A stretch of 64,000 nucleotides of DNA from the NCBI GenBank assembly GCA_963845245.1, contig CAWJRJ010000011.1, forward strand, positions 96,001-160,000, in the 5' to 3' direction. Within the stretch, counting starts at the first letter, position 1; each line of letters begins with the position of its first letter. Source of the stretch: Nitrospirota bacterium. Lineage in GTDB: Bacteria; Nitrospirota; JACRHJ01. Made by a program: the position numbers and the translations under genes. Of this stretch, positions 39,760-50,102 are shown in pieces. A model generated the notes under the pieces. The model saw nothing but the letters and a program-made list of their open reading frames with translations, ran no database searches and was not told the DNA's origin.

Positions 39760-40531
39760 TTACATCCCGAGCGTTTTCTGCATTTCTTTGTGTATTTTCG
39801 AATTACTCGCCAGTATCTCGCTCTGAATCCATGAAATGAAAAGGCCCGCCGCTAAGCGATGTAACCTTGCCCCCGGCCTCGGTAACGATGAGCGTGCCAG
39901 CAGCGGTGTCCCAGGGCTTCAGCCCGAACTCCCAGTAGCCGTCGAACCGTCCCGCCGCAATGTAGCACAGGTCGAGCGCGGCAGAACCGAGCCTGCGTAT
40001 CCCCTGGCTTGCAATCGTCATCTTGTCGAACAGCGGAAGTATCATGTCGGCGCGCTTGTCGAGGTCGTACGGGAAGCCGGTGACGATGAGTGAGTTGGCA
40101 AGCTTCGGTGTCTTTGAGACGGATATTGCCTTTCCGTTAAGGAACGCCCCATTGCCCTTAACCGCATAGAACATCTCGCGCCGAACCGGGTCGTGTACCA
40201 CTCCCACCAGGACCTCGCCGTCCCGCTCGTACGCGATCGAGACGCAGAAACACGGGAAGCCGTGGGAGTAGTTCACTGTTCCGTCCAGCGGGTCCACGAT
40301 CCAGCGTCCGCCGTCGCCCTTCCATGCGGTCTTCTCCTCTGCGAGGAAGCCGTGGGCGGGGAAGGCATCCTTTATTATCCCTGCGATCAGCGCCTCTGAG
40401 GCCTTGTCCGCCTCGCTCACAGGGTCGCGGCGTCCGGACTTGAACTGTATGTCCTTGAGGTTGCCGAAGTAGGAGAGCAGGAGCTTGCCCGCCTCGCGGG
40501 CGGCCTTCTTTGCAATGGTGAGTTCTTTCAT
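39760..40531 (-). CDS. suhB: Inositol monophosphatase (C-terminal frameshift, probably an error)
   Basis: WIVDPLDGT, RRLGSAALD and WDTAAG motifs; the expected end EILASNSKIHKEM lies in another frame ending at 39760. Confidence 0.9.
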
Positions 40532-40617
40532 GTCGCAATATTAGCACAACTATAGCGCGGTTCAACTCAAAAACTAACAAAGCTATCGTGGGATTTTAGA
40601 TGCGATGTATCACCGGT

Positions 40618-41055
40618 TTAATCGGCCGGGGTTATCTCGGACCTCATTATGCACACACCGGACCTGCCGCCCATGTACTGCCACTCTATGGTGTAAGTAC
40701 CGTTCCCGTCGATGTATCTCGTGACGTCCTGCTCTATCACCGCGTTTATGGGCGGGTTCGACCAGTCGGCGATCCTCTGGTTCAGGGTGGTGCCTTTCTT
40801 CTTCAGGAATATCCTGCCCTGCGTACTCAACAGATTAGGGTCCCAGCTTAGTTCGCCGCGGAATACATATTTGACGCCGGGTTTCCAATCACCGATGTAA
40901 TAGGAGTAGGTATTTTCCGTGGAGTTGGGGTCGGCCTTGCCTATGGAGAGCATGCTGCAGGAGGAAGCCTTCTGCCAATCGTCGGCGATAGCGACGCCTG
41001 CCGAAAGTATTAATGCCGTGCAGAATAAAGCAAAGAACTCTATCATACGACTCAT
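40618..41055 (-). CDS. Hypothetical secreted protein
   Basis: Signal peptide AIA-DD; 145 aa with GC-rich codon usage. Confidence 0.7.
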   Translation of the reverse strand: MSRMIEFFALFCTALILSAGVAIADDWQKASSCSMLSIGKADPNSTENTYSYYIGDWKPGVKYVFRGELSWDPNLLSTQGRIFLKKKGTTLNQRIADWSNPPINAVIEQDVTRYIDGNGTYTIEWQYMGGRSGVCIMRSEITPAD

Positions 41056-41158
41056 ATCTAGCCTCTTGCTATAATTATAACAAAAAAACTGAACTATGAG
41101 GTTTGAGGTGCTTCTTGGGATGGCGGTCTGAAAGAAAGAGCTTCGAAAAGAAAAAGAC

Positions 41159-41202
41159 TTGACATGGGCAAAAAAACTATGCTAATATGCAGATGTGCAT
41201 AT
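41159..41202 (+). promoter_or_regulatory. sigma70-like promoter overlapped by the palindrome ATATGCA-N4-TGCATAT
   Basis: TTGACA (41159)-18nt-TAATAT (41183) with TGn extension; palindrome at 41185-41202. Confidence 0.65.
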
Positions 41203-41218
41203 CGAAAGGGTGATTTTT

Positions 41219-41536
41219 ATGAAAAAGAATATATCATTTGGTAGTGTCATTTCGGAAAAGCGTAAAAAGTTAAAAATTAGTCAAAAGGACCTTGCCGCAA
41301 TGATTATGAAAGAAGATGCTCAACCGATTTCGCCGCAATATCAAAATGATATTGAGTATGACAGAAGAACCCCATCTTCCTCTATACTTATTGATCAATT
41401 CTCCGAAATTTTGGATATAGACCGTGATTATCTTTACTATTTAGCTGGCCGTATTCCCGAGGATATTTTTGAAAAAAAGCTTGATACTCAAAACTTCATT
41501 GAAGCTATGGTTGCATTCCGAAAAAAAATAGATTGA
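41219..41536 (+). CDS. XRE-family HTH transcriptional regulator
   Basis: SFG..I...RK...ISQKDLA...ISPQYQNDIEYDRRTP...YLYYLAGRIP. Confidence 0.88.
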   Translation: MKKNISFGSVISEKRKKLKISQKDLAAMIMKEDAQPISPQYQNDIEYDRRTPSSSILIDQFSEILDIDRDYLYYLAGRIPEDIFEKKLDTQNFIEAMVAFRKKID

Positions 41537-41572
41537 CTCGCTATTTTTTTTGTTTACATAATATGCAAATCA
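41533..41572 (+). promoter_or_regulatory. Second putative promoter, upstream of the Ubl gene, with a half-site matching the first operator
   Basis: TTGACT-18nt-CATAAT; TAATATGCAAAT here versus TAATATGCAGAT at 41183. Confidence 0.5.
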
Positions 41573-41671
41573 GCGGATTAGTTGAGCATTTAACCTATAG
41601 ACAAGGAGGTGGAACTGTTATTCGGTTTTTCAGGTGGTTTTTATTAACTTCATTTCTCAAAGGAGTAAAAA

Positions 41672-41935
41672 ATGAAAACAGAAAATTTTGACAAGAATAA
41701 CGAGACTAAAGAGCACGGTCCCAATGTTTCAATATTTATAGATAACGTTGAAAGGCTTATTCACCGTGGGCATCAGTCTGTTGTGGCAATAAAAGAAGCT
41801 GGTAAGGTTCCTATAGCCTACGATCTTGAACAAATTATTGAAGGAACTCTTACCCCCCTCCCCGATGACGGTGCAATAACAATTAAAGGAGAGGAAAAAT
41901 TTGTCAGTCACCCCAAGGACAGCGGTTCGTCTTAA
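41672..41935 (+). CDS. Ubiquitin-like (multi-ubiquitin-type beta-grasp) protein, BilA-like
   Basis: VSIFIDN...IKEAGKVP..YDLEQ...DDGAITIKGEEKFVS with C-terminal KDSGSS; first gene of an E2-JAB-E1 operon. Confidence 0.8.
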   Translation: MKTENFDKNNETKEHGPNVSIFIDNVERLIHRGHQSVVAIKEAGKVPIAYDLEQIIEGTLTPLPDDGAITIKGEEKFVSHPKDSGSS

Positions 41936-41946
41936 AGGAGGACAAA

Positions 41947-42291
41947 ATGAATATTCTACCAGATCAGATTGAAGAGTTTAAGACTCTATTTAATGATGTT
42001 CAATTTTGCGAGGAAGGTGGCAATCCTTATTTTTTAATTCCAGGACTTGCCTTACCTATGGGATGCATCCCTAATAAAACCGATGCTTTGCTATGTCCAA
42101 CTACACGTGATGGTTATACTTCACGACTTTTTTTTGCAGAAAAAATTCAAACTAGGCATTCTCTTAATTGGAATGCATTAGGAGTAAGAATCCTAGAGCG
42201 CAACTGGCATGCTTTTTCTTGGAAGATTCCCCAAGAGAATCTACGGTTGGCTCAAATGGTTGGGGCACATCTCAGGGGGCTTAGATGCTAA
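41947..42291 (+). CDS. E2-like conjugating protein, BilB-like
   Basis: EGG..YFLIP.L.LP.GC.P...DALLCP..RDGY.SRLF...NW......IL.RNWHAFSW; position between Ubl and JAB genes. Confidence 0.7.
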   Translation: MNILPDQIEEFKTLFNDVQFCEEGGNPYFLIPGLALPMGCIPNKTDALLCPTTRDGYTSRLFFAEKIQTRHSLNWNALGVRILERNWHAFSWKIPQENLRLAQMVGAHLRGLRC

Positions 42292-42794
42292 TCAATTTAA
42301 AAATTACTAGATCTCTATTTAACCAAATGTATTCTGATTTAATTAGGCCTCACCCTTTTGCCTATGAAAGGGTTGGGTTCCTTTACGTAAGGCCGGGTTA
42401 TATTAACAGCAAAACGCTTCTATTGCTTGCGACAAAATATATGCCTGTCCCAGACGAAAGGTACATTAAAGATGACAGCGTTGGAGCACGGATAAATTCT
42501 ACTGCAATAAGAAGTACCATGCAAATGATAATGGATTCCTGCGAGGGAGCTTTGCATGTACACATACATCTTCACAATGGGAAGCCCGTATTTAGTAGAA
42601 CCGATAACCATGAATTGAGTAAGCTGATACCGTCGTTAAAAACAGTAGGCGTTAATTTACCTCACGGCGCATTACTGTTAAGCAAGGATAATTTTAACGC
42701 AGTTCTTTCTATCCCGAAACAAAAGAAGCTGAAGGAAGTTAGAAAGTTATCAATCATTGGTAATCCCGTTGAATTTATGGAGGCGAACAAATGA
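42285..42794 (+). CDS. JAB/MPN metallo-isopeptidase, BilC-like
   Basis: N-terminal E (HPFAYERVGFL) and HxH...SxxD motif (VHIHLHNGKPVFSRTD). Confidence 0.8.
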   Translation: MLINLKITRSLFNQMYSDLIRPHPFAYERVGFLYVRPGYINSKTLLLLATKYMPVPDERYIKDDSVGARINSTAIRSTMQMIMDSCEGALHVHIHLHNGKPVFSRTDNHELSKLIPSLKTVGVNLPHGALLLSKDNFNAVLSIPKQKKLKEVRKLSIIGNPVEFMEANK

Positions 42795-43600
42795 ATGCAC
42801 GATACAAGAGACAATCTTTTTTGGGAAGACATTCCCAAGCAATATTTGAAAACTGTGTTGTCGGAATTGTTGGATTAGGTGGTGGTGGGTCTATTATAGT
42901 TCAGCAACTAGCGCATATCGGCTTTCTAAATTATGTTCTTTATGACAATGACATAATTGAAGATACAAATTTGAATAGGCTAGTTGGCGCCACGACGCAA
43001 GATGTAAAACATAAAAGATCTAAAATGATAATTGCGAAAAGGACTATCCAGAGACTACAACCAACGGCACATATAAATGCAAATAATTCTCGATGGCAAG
43101 ATAATCCTTATCCGCTGCGGAATTGTGATATTGTATTTGGTTGTGTTGATGGGTTTGCTGAACGCAGGGATTTAGAGGTGTGTACTCGTCGCTATTTAAT
43201 CCCTTATATCGATATTGGTATTGATGTAAATCACATAGAACCTGAACCGCCAGTGTTAGGCGGTCAAGTAATTTTATCCATGCCAGGAGAACTATGCCTT
43301 TCTTGTGTTGGATTCTTAACTGAAGAAAGGCTGGAAAAGGAAGCTGCTAAATACGGAGATGCTGGTGATAAACCTCAGGTTATTTGGGCTAATGGAATAG
43401 TAGCTTCAACTGCGATAGGAATTGCTATAGAAATTTTGACTGGATGGACCAAAGTAAAAGAAAAAATTTATTATTTAAGTTATGATGCTGCTAAAGGTAC
43501 AATGCAGCCGCACGTTAGATTAGCTTACTTAGGCCATAGAAAAGGGTGCATCCATTTTCCTTTAAATCAACTCGGCGACCCAATATTGAAGACTTTATAA
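42791..43600 (+). CDS. ThiF/E1-like adenylating enzyme, BilD-like
   Basis: RY.RQ, GLGGGGS, D.D.IE.TNLNRL, GCVD, CLSC and a C-terminal Cys. Confidence 0.9.
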   Translation: MNARYKRQSFLGRHSQAIFENCVVGIVGLGGGGSIIVQQLAHIGFLNYVLYDNDIIEDTNLNRLVGATTQDVKHKRSKMIIAKRTIQRLQPTAHINANNSRWQDNPYPLRNCDIVFGCVDGFAERRDLEVCTRRYLIPYIDIGIDVNHIEPEPPVLGGQVILSMPGELCLSCVGFLTEERLEKEAAKYGDAGDKPQVIWANGIVASTAIGIAIEILTGWTKVKEKIYYLSYDAAKGTMQPHVRLAYLGHRKGCIHFPLNQLGDPILKTL

Positions 43601-44203
43601 TTTCAATCGTGAGAGGAATTCAATATCTTTATCTTGATCTGCTTTTGATATTTTAGGCCTTACATCCCCAAAATATTTTCTCGAACTATCTGTTTGATAA
43701 GGAGCTTCTTCATCTAATTTAAACAGTCTGACTTGACAAATTTTACTTCCAACTACAAGTTCTACCGCGTTATTACCATGATTAAATAATTCTAGAGGAG
43801 CACAGCCTCTAAAACCGGGTTGAAGCATCGTATTAATATGAATACCAAGCCTTGTATAGCTGCTTCTGGACAGAATATCAGCGTAAACATTCGGAGGCAA
43901 TGCAACATATTCTAATGTAGTAGAAAGAACTACTTGTCCAGGGTAGAGTATGAATTTTTCACCAATTTCTCGTCTTGTTTCTTGAAAATAAGATGAAATA
44001 CCACGGTTAAAATGGTCTTGTTCTTTAGTTAGTTCAATGAATGGTTTTCTTGTAAAAATAGAAACCAGGAAATCATAACCAAGACGTAGATCTATAGTAA
44101 CCGATCCAATTTGTTTTTCATCAATTAGTGGATCTATAAATAAAGAATCGAAATCGTTGGAGGAAAGTAGTTTTAAAATGTTTTTTTTATTGAGTAGTTC
44201 CAT
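43595..44203 (-). CDS. dCTP deaminase (trimeric dUTPase fold), accessory variant
   Basis: IDLRLG, RSSYTRLG, QPGFRG...LELFN, ICQ and KY motifs; AT-rich, not in a housekeeping context. Confidence 0.9.
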   Translation of the reverse strand: MELLNKKNILKLLSSNDFDSLFIDPLIDEKQIGSVTIDLRLGYDFLVSIFTRKPFIELTKEQDHFNRGISSYFQETRREIGEKFILYPGQVVLSTTLEYVALPPNVYADILSRSSYTRLGIHINTMLQPGFRGCAPLELFNHGNNAVELVVGSKICQVRLFKLDEEAPYQTDSSRKYFGDVRPKISKADQDKDIEFLSRLKL

Positions 44204-45251
44204 TTTCCCATTTCTCTTTTATCATTTTATTTCTAATAGATTTTTCCATTAAATCATTAATCATTTTATCCATTTTAAATTCATCATAATCTTTCCAATA
44301 ATCTTTTCCTACAGTTTTAATGAGTTCCAAATAATTCCATCCAGCTTCAAAAATACCATGCAATTCCTCGTCATCTTGTATTTCGTATGGCCTTATGTTA
44401 TCAAAGAAGGCATCCACCTTTAGTTCTTTGTATCTTATTTTTAGTTCAAGCAACGGGTATGTCTTTAAAACATTGTTTATCTGGGTTATAATTTCATTGG
44501 GTTTTTGTTCTAAAAAATCGTTTATATTATTCAATCTGTCTCTGGATGAGGGATGAGTGTCTGATTCGGCATCATCTCCACAGATGCTAGCTAAAGATTT
44601 AAAATACGCTTTCCCCGTATAGCTTGAGGCAAATAAATCGGCAAAAAATTCTTTACGATGATTTTTAATTATTGATAGTTTTGGATCGCTGAACAGTTTC
44701 GGATCAACCGCGCCTTGGAGCAATATAGATTTTTCGGTTATCTTATAGTATTGGTCTATAAAATGCCCTAACTCATGATATAAAGGGACAACGTGAAGTG
44801 GTTTATGTTGATAGATGTTAGGAAACGCTATTTGTATCAGCTCGTCGTTGATTTGGATTGGTAAGAAAGGAGTTATTACTTTGCCCGGATTTATCGTAAA
44901 AAAATGAAAATCAGGAGCTTCTTCTGTCAAAGCTGTCGTCAATGCGCTAGATGAAATTTGCCAATCCCCTAGTGCTTTCTTTAACGCATAAACAATTTCA
45001 TATGGTATTCTATTATTAGAACTGCCACTAAAATATTTTCTTGAGTACCAAAGAATAGTTGTTATATTTTCTGAAATTTGAGACGGTGTCGCCTCATAAT
45101 TTTTTAATAGATAATCTGAGGCTTGTATAATTTGTTGTAAATATGAATAGATTTTCTTATCAAAAAAGGGGACTTGGGAGAGCCTAACTAGTTCCTCATT
45201 AATCAATTTTAAATCATTTTTACTATGCAGAAACTTCCTCCATTTCCTCAA
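44187..45251 (-). CDS. Putative zinc metallopeptidase (M48/gluzincin-like)
   Basis: PLYHELGH (HExxH), downstream EFFADLFA and THPSSRDRL; start codon uncertain; overlaps the deaminase start by 17 nt. Confidence 0.72.
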   Translation of the reverse strand: MRKWRKFLHSKNDLKLINEELVRLSQVPFFDKKIYSYLQQIIQASDYLLKNYEATPSQISENITTILWYSRKYFSGSSNNRIPYEIVYALKKALGDWQISSSALTTALTEEAPDFHFFTINPGKVITPFLPIQINDELIQIAFPNIYQHKPLHVVPLYHELGHFIDQYYKITEKSILLQGAVDPKLFSDPKLSIIKNHRKEFFADLFASSYTGKAYFKSLASICGDDAESDTHPSSRDRLNNINDFLEQKPNEIITQINNVLKTYPLLELKIRYKELKVDAFFDNIRPYEIQDDEELHGIFEAGWNYLELIKTVGKDYWKDYDEFKMDKMINDLMEKSIRNKMIKEKWENGTTQ

Positions 45252-45552
45252 GAATATGGCAAGCTATTTTAGGTGTCAAACTATTGTAATCTTTTAACTC
45301 AATAATATCATTGCGAAAACATGTTTTAATTTTAATTTTTAGAGCTAATTCAATTGCTTCTGGATAAATTTTTTCATCAGCATTTTGGGGTTCGGAAATT
45401 AATAACTTAACCTGTTCGAGAACTTTATCAAAATAGAAAATTAACGTCTGAGGAATAGGCTTCTTTTCTACAGTATTTAATAATAAAACTAATTTGAATA
45501 GGTTCATCTCAGCTGATGTATTAACAGCTGCATTAATTTTTGCTGCTATCAT
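45223..45552 (-). CDS. Hypothetical helical protein (109 aa)
   Basis: Strong RBS GGAGGT; overlaps the next ORF; no recognised motif. Confidence 0.7.
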   Translation of the reverse strand: MIAAKINAAVNTSAEMNLFKLVLLLNTVEKKPIPQTLIFYFDKVLEQVKLLISEPQNADEKIYPEAIELALKIKIKTCFRNDIIELKDYNSLTPKIACHILEEMEEVSA

Positions 45553-45613
45553 AAAATTACCTCCCTCTTTTTAAATTAGTGTTATGCAGGAGGAAACTAA
45601 ACACCTTCATTAT

Positions 45614-45643
45614 ATTATAGTTAAGAGATACATTTATTGTCAA
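45614..45643 (-). promoter_or_regulatory. Consensus sigma70 promoter of the peptidase-deaminase operon
   Basis: TTGACA-18nt-TATAAT on the minus strand, about 60 nt upstream of the ATG at 45552. Confidence 0.75.
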
Positions 45644-45764
45644 ATTTGTACCTCCGTATGCCAGAGAGTAAAAGAGGAGAGGAAAATCTGACCAATTTTA
45701 TATGACTTTCATTCAAGAAGCAATATTTTTCTCTTGACAAGGTATTTTTAATAATCACTACAAT

Positions 45765-46451
45765 CTAAACCTCAAACATCCCCGACCAGCGCCTTAGCTC
45801 TTTCGGGTCCGATATGATTATCTTCTTGCCTTCGGTGCGGATGATGCCGTCTGACTTGAATTCGGAAAGGATGCGGATGACAGTCTCCTGCGCGACGCCG
45901 ACCATCTCGGATATCTCCTGGCGCGACAGCGTGAATTCCGGCCCCTGGTCCTCGCCCTTCGAGTTGAACAGGGTCATAAGGAGGCTGGCCACCTTCTCGC
46001 GCGCGTCCTTCAGGCCCAGGTCGCGTATCCTGTCCTGCGCCTTGTTAAGCTCGCGGTTCATTATCTGGATGAACTTCAGGCCGACCTCGGGGTTGTTCTT
46101 GAGGAGTTCGATGAGGTCTTTCTTCTTTATGCAGCAAAGCTCGGCGTCGGCGATGACCTCGGCGGTGCTCTGGTAATGCTCTTCATAGAGCGAGTCGAAG
46201 CCAAGCATGTCCCCGGCGGAGAGGACGTTTATTATCTGCTCGCGCCCGTCTGCGAGTGACTTATAGATTTTTATCGTGCCGGATTTGATGATGTAGACGA
46301 CGTTGCTGGGGGTGTCCTCAAGGAATACGATCTTCTTTCGCTTGAAGGACTTCATGTAGATGAGTGCGCTGATCTTGTCAAGCTCCGCGAAGCCGAGCCC
46401 GGCGAGTATCGTGATGTTCCTTACTACGCAGTTCTTGCAGTCGCAGCCCAT
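45765..46451 (-). CDS. Crp/Fnr family regulator with an N-terminal Cys cluster (Fnr-like)
   Basis: MGCDCKNC, cNMP-binding fold, internal ELCC, HTH SRQEISEMVG..QETVIR. Confidence 0.9.
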   Translation of the reverse strand: MGCDCKNCVVRNITILAGLGFAELDKISALIYMKSFKRKKIVFLEDTPSNVVYIIKSGTIKIYKSLADGREQIINVLSAGDMLGFDSLYEEHYQSTAEVIADAELCCIKKKDLIELLKNNPEVGLKFIQIMNRELNKAQDRIRDLGLKDAREKVASLLMTLFNSKGEDQGPEFTLSRQEISEMVGVAQETVIRILSEFKSDGIIRTEGKKIIISDPKELRRWSGMFEV

Positions 46452-46452
46452 G

Positions 46453-46931
46453 TTATTTCACTTTCTCTGTCGTGCAGGAGGACTCCAGCAGCCGCCTCGC
46501 CTTCTCCCGCAGGTCCTTATCCGAGATATTGGCCAGCGACTCTTCTATATCCTCATGCTCCTGCGGCCGGAGCTTCCTCTTCTTGGGTATGAACTTTTCC
46601 TTCTTTATCGGACTCGCGTCCGGGCGTACAAGCTTGCCTGAGCGGAACTTTATGTCCGTGACGGTGCCCGTCGCCCATGACCGAGTTTATCTTCTCGATC
46701 AGGCCGGGCGCCATCATCGAAAGCTGGTGCATCCAGACCGGGCTGTCAACCGTGACGGTGAGTATGCCGCCCTTTATCGACTCGGGCAGCGCGTGTTTCG
46801 CTATACCAGCCCCGACAGTCTTGTCCCAGGCTGCAAGGAGCTTTGCCATAATGCCGCCCCTGCCAAGCCCGTGCTCGCCCATCACCTTTGAGAGTATGTC
46901 ACCAAGCGTCGATGGGGTCTGGCATTGCCAT
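46453..46931 (-). CDS. DUF721/DciA-family protein (frameshifted)
   Basis: W...VG..IA.H..P..I..G.L.V.V.S..W..QL motif; N- and C-termini lie in adjacent frames. Confidence 0.75.
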
Positions 46932-46934
46932 AAC

Positions 46935-48274
46935 CTACACCTTCGGCAGAAGTTCCGCCATTACAAGGCCGGTGAGGAGCTTGGGGTAGAAATAGGTGGA
47001 CTTCTGCGGCATGACCTCGCGCGCAAGGGCCACCTCCTTCACCTCGCGCACCTTCGTCGCGTTCAGCAGGAAGCAGATGTCGAACTCGCCGTTTGCCACC
47101 CGCTTTATCGCCAGGTCGCCGTCTTTTTCGAACTTCACCGGCTGGCTCTCGGCTATCATCTCTGTGTCTATGCCAAGCACCCGCATGATTATCAGCTCGT
47201 GGAGGATGGTGACGTCCAGGTTGCAGTAGACCTCGGAGTACTTGCAGCGCAGAGCCTCCATCACAGGGTCGAGCTCCTTGAGCTTCAGCAGGTAGTATGC
47301 CTGCTCGCCCGCGAACGTGAAGCCGAAGCAGTGCGCCTTCTTGCCCTGCTTCACAAGGGATTCGAGGAACAGCTTCCTCTGCGAAGGCTCGTAGTCCATC
47401 GTGAACGGGAGCTTCTCTATCGCAAAATATTTCGATGCCCGCTCGAGTATCGTCTCGAGCGACAGGCCCGGCAGGTTCTTCACCAGCCTGTGGGTCGGCA
47501 GCACCGTAAGGCCGTCCTCCTCCATGTTGGCAAGGAACATCGGGACGTAGTTGAACGCCTCGGTGCCGTCCCAATCGCCCCTGCTCGCGGCAGTAGTTAC
47601 GGAACGCGAGCGCGGTCTCGTACCTGTGGTGGCCGTCGGCTATGAATATCTTCTTGTCCGCCATCGCCTTGCGCACCGACCCTATGACATCCGGGTCCTT
47701 CACCGCCCAGATGCGGTGATGCGCACCGTCGTCGTCGGTGGCCTCGGCGTCCGCAGGTTTGCCGTGGACGGCTTCCTTCAGGGAGGCGGTGATCTTCTTC
47801 TTCGCTCTCGGAATAAAGCGAGAATATCTGGCTGGTGGATACGCCCGTGACCTTCATCAGCTCGAAGCGGTCCGCCTTTGGCCCCTTCAGCGTTGCCTCG
47901 TGCGGAAGGACGACTTCCTTGTCCCATTCCTCCAGCTTCAAAAGGCATATGAACCCGCACATCCGCTTCGCTTCGCCGGAAGGCGTCTGGTAGTCCACCT
48001 CGTAGAAATAGAGCGCCGGGGCGTCCTCGCGTATCAGCGTCCCCTCCTCCAGCCACTGCTTGATAAACTGTGCCGAACGGGTGTAGCGGTTGTTGCCCGC
48101 GGCGTCCCATATCTCTGCCCTGCCGAAATCCACCCGTACGATGTTCTTCTCGTCCCGCCCGTAGAGCTCGTCCTGGAGCTGGGGGGATATCACGTCATAA
48201 GGCGGGGCCACGAGCTCGTTTAAGTCCAGCCCATCCCCATATCTTATCCCCGAAAAAGCAGCTATCTCCGCCAA
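46935..48274 (-). CDS. DUF1015 family protein (frameshifted)
   Basis: APPYDVIS, LPHEAT, IADGHHRYETA, LPTHRL and MPQKSTYFYPKL motifs across three frames. Confidence 0.88.
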
Positions 48275-48289
48275 TGTCCGATTGCCTCC

Positions 48290-50080
<1,791 letters not shown>

Positions 50081-50102
<22 letters not shown>

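Noticed and set aside
41672..43600. ThiS/ThiF or MoaD/MoeB sulfur-carrier pathway, or CBASS Cap2/Cap3
   Set aside because: An E2-like gene is present, there are no cofactor biosynthesis neighbours, and there is no CD-NTase.
45734..45764. Plus-strand TTGACA...TACAAT promoter pointing into the Fnr-like gene
   Set aside because: Spacer is 19 nt and there is no sense gene downstream; expected by chance in AT-rich DNA.
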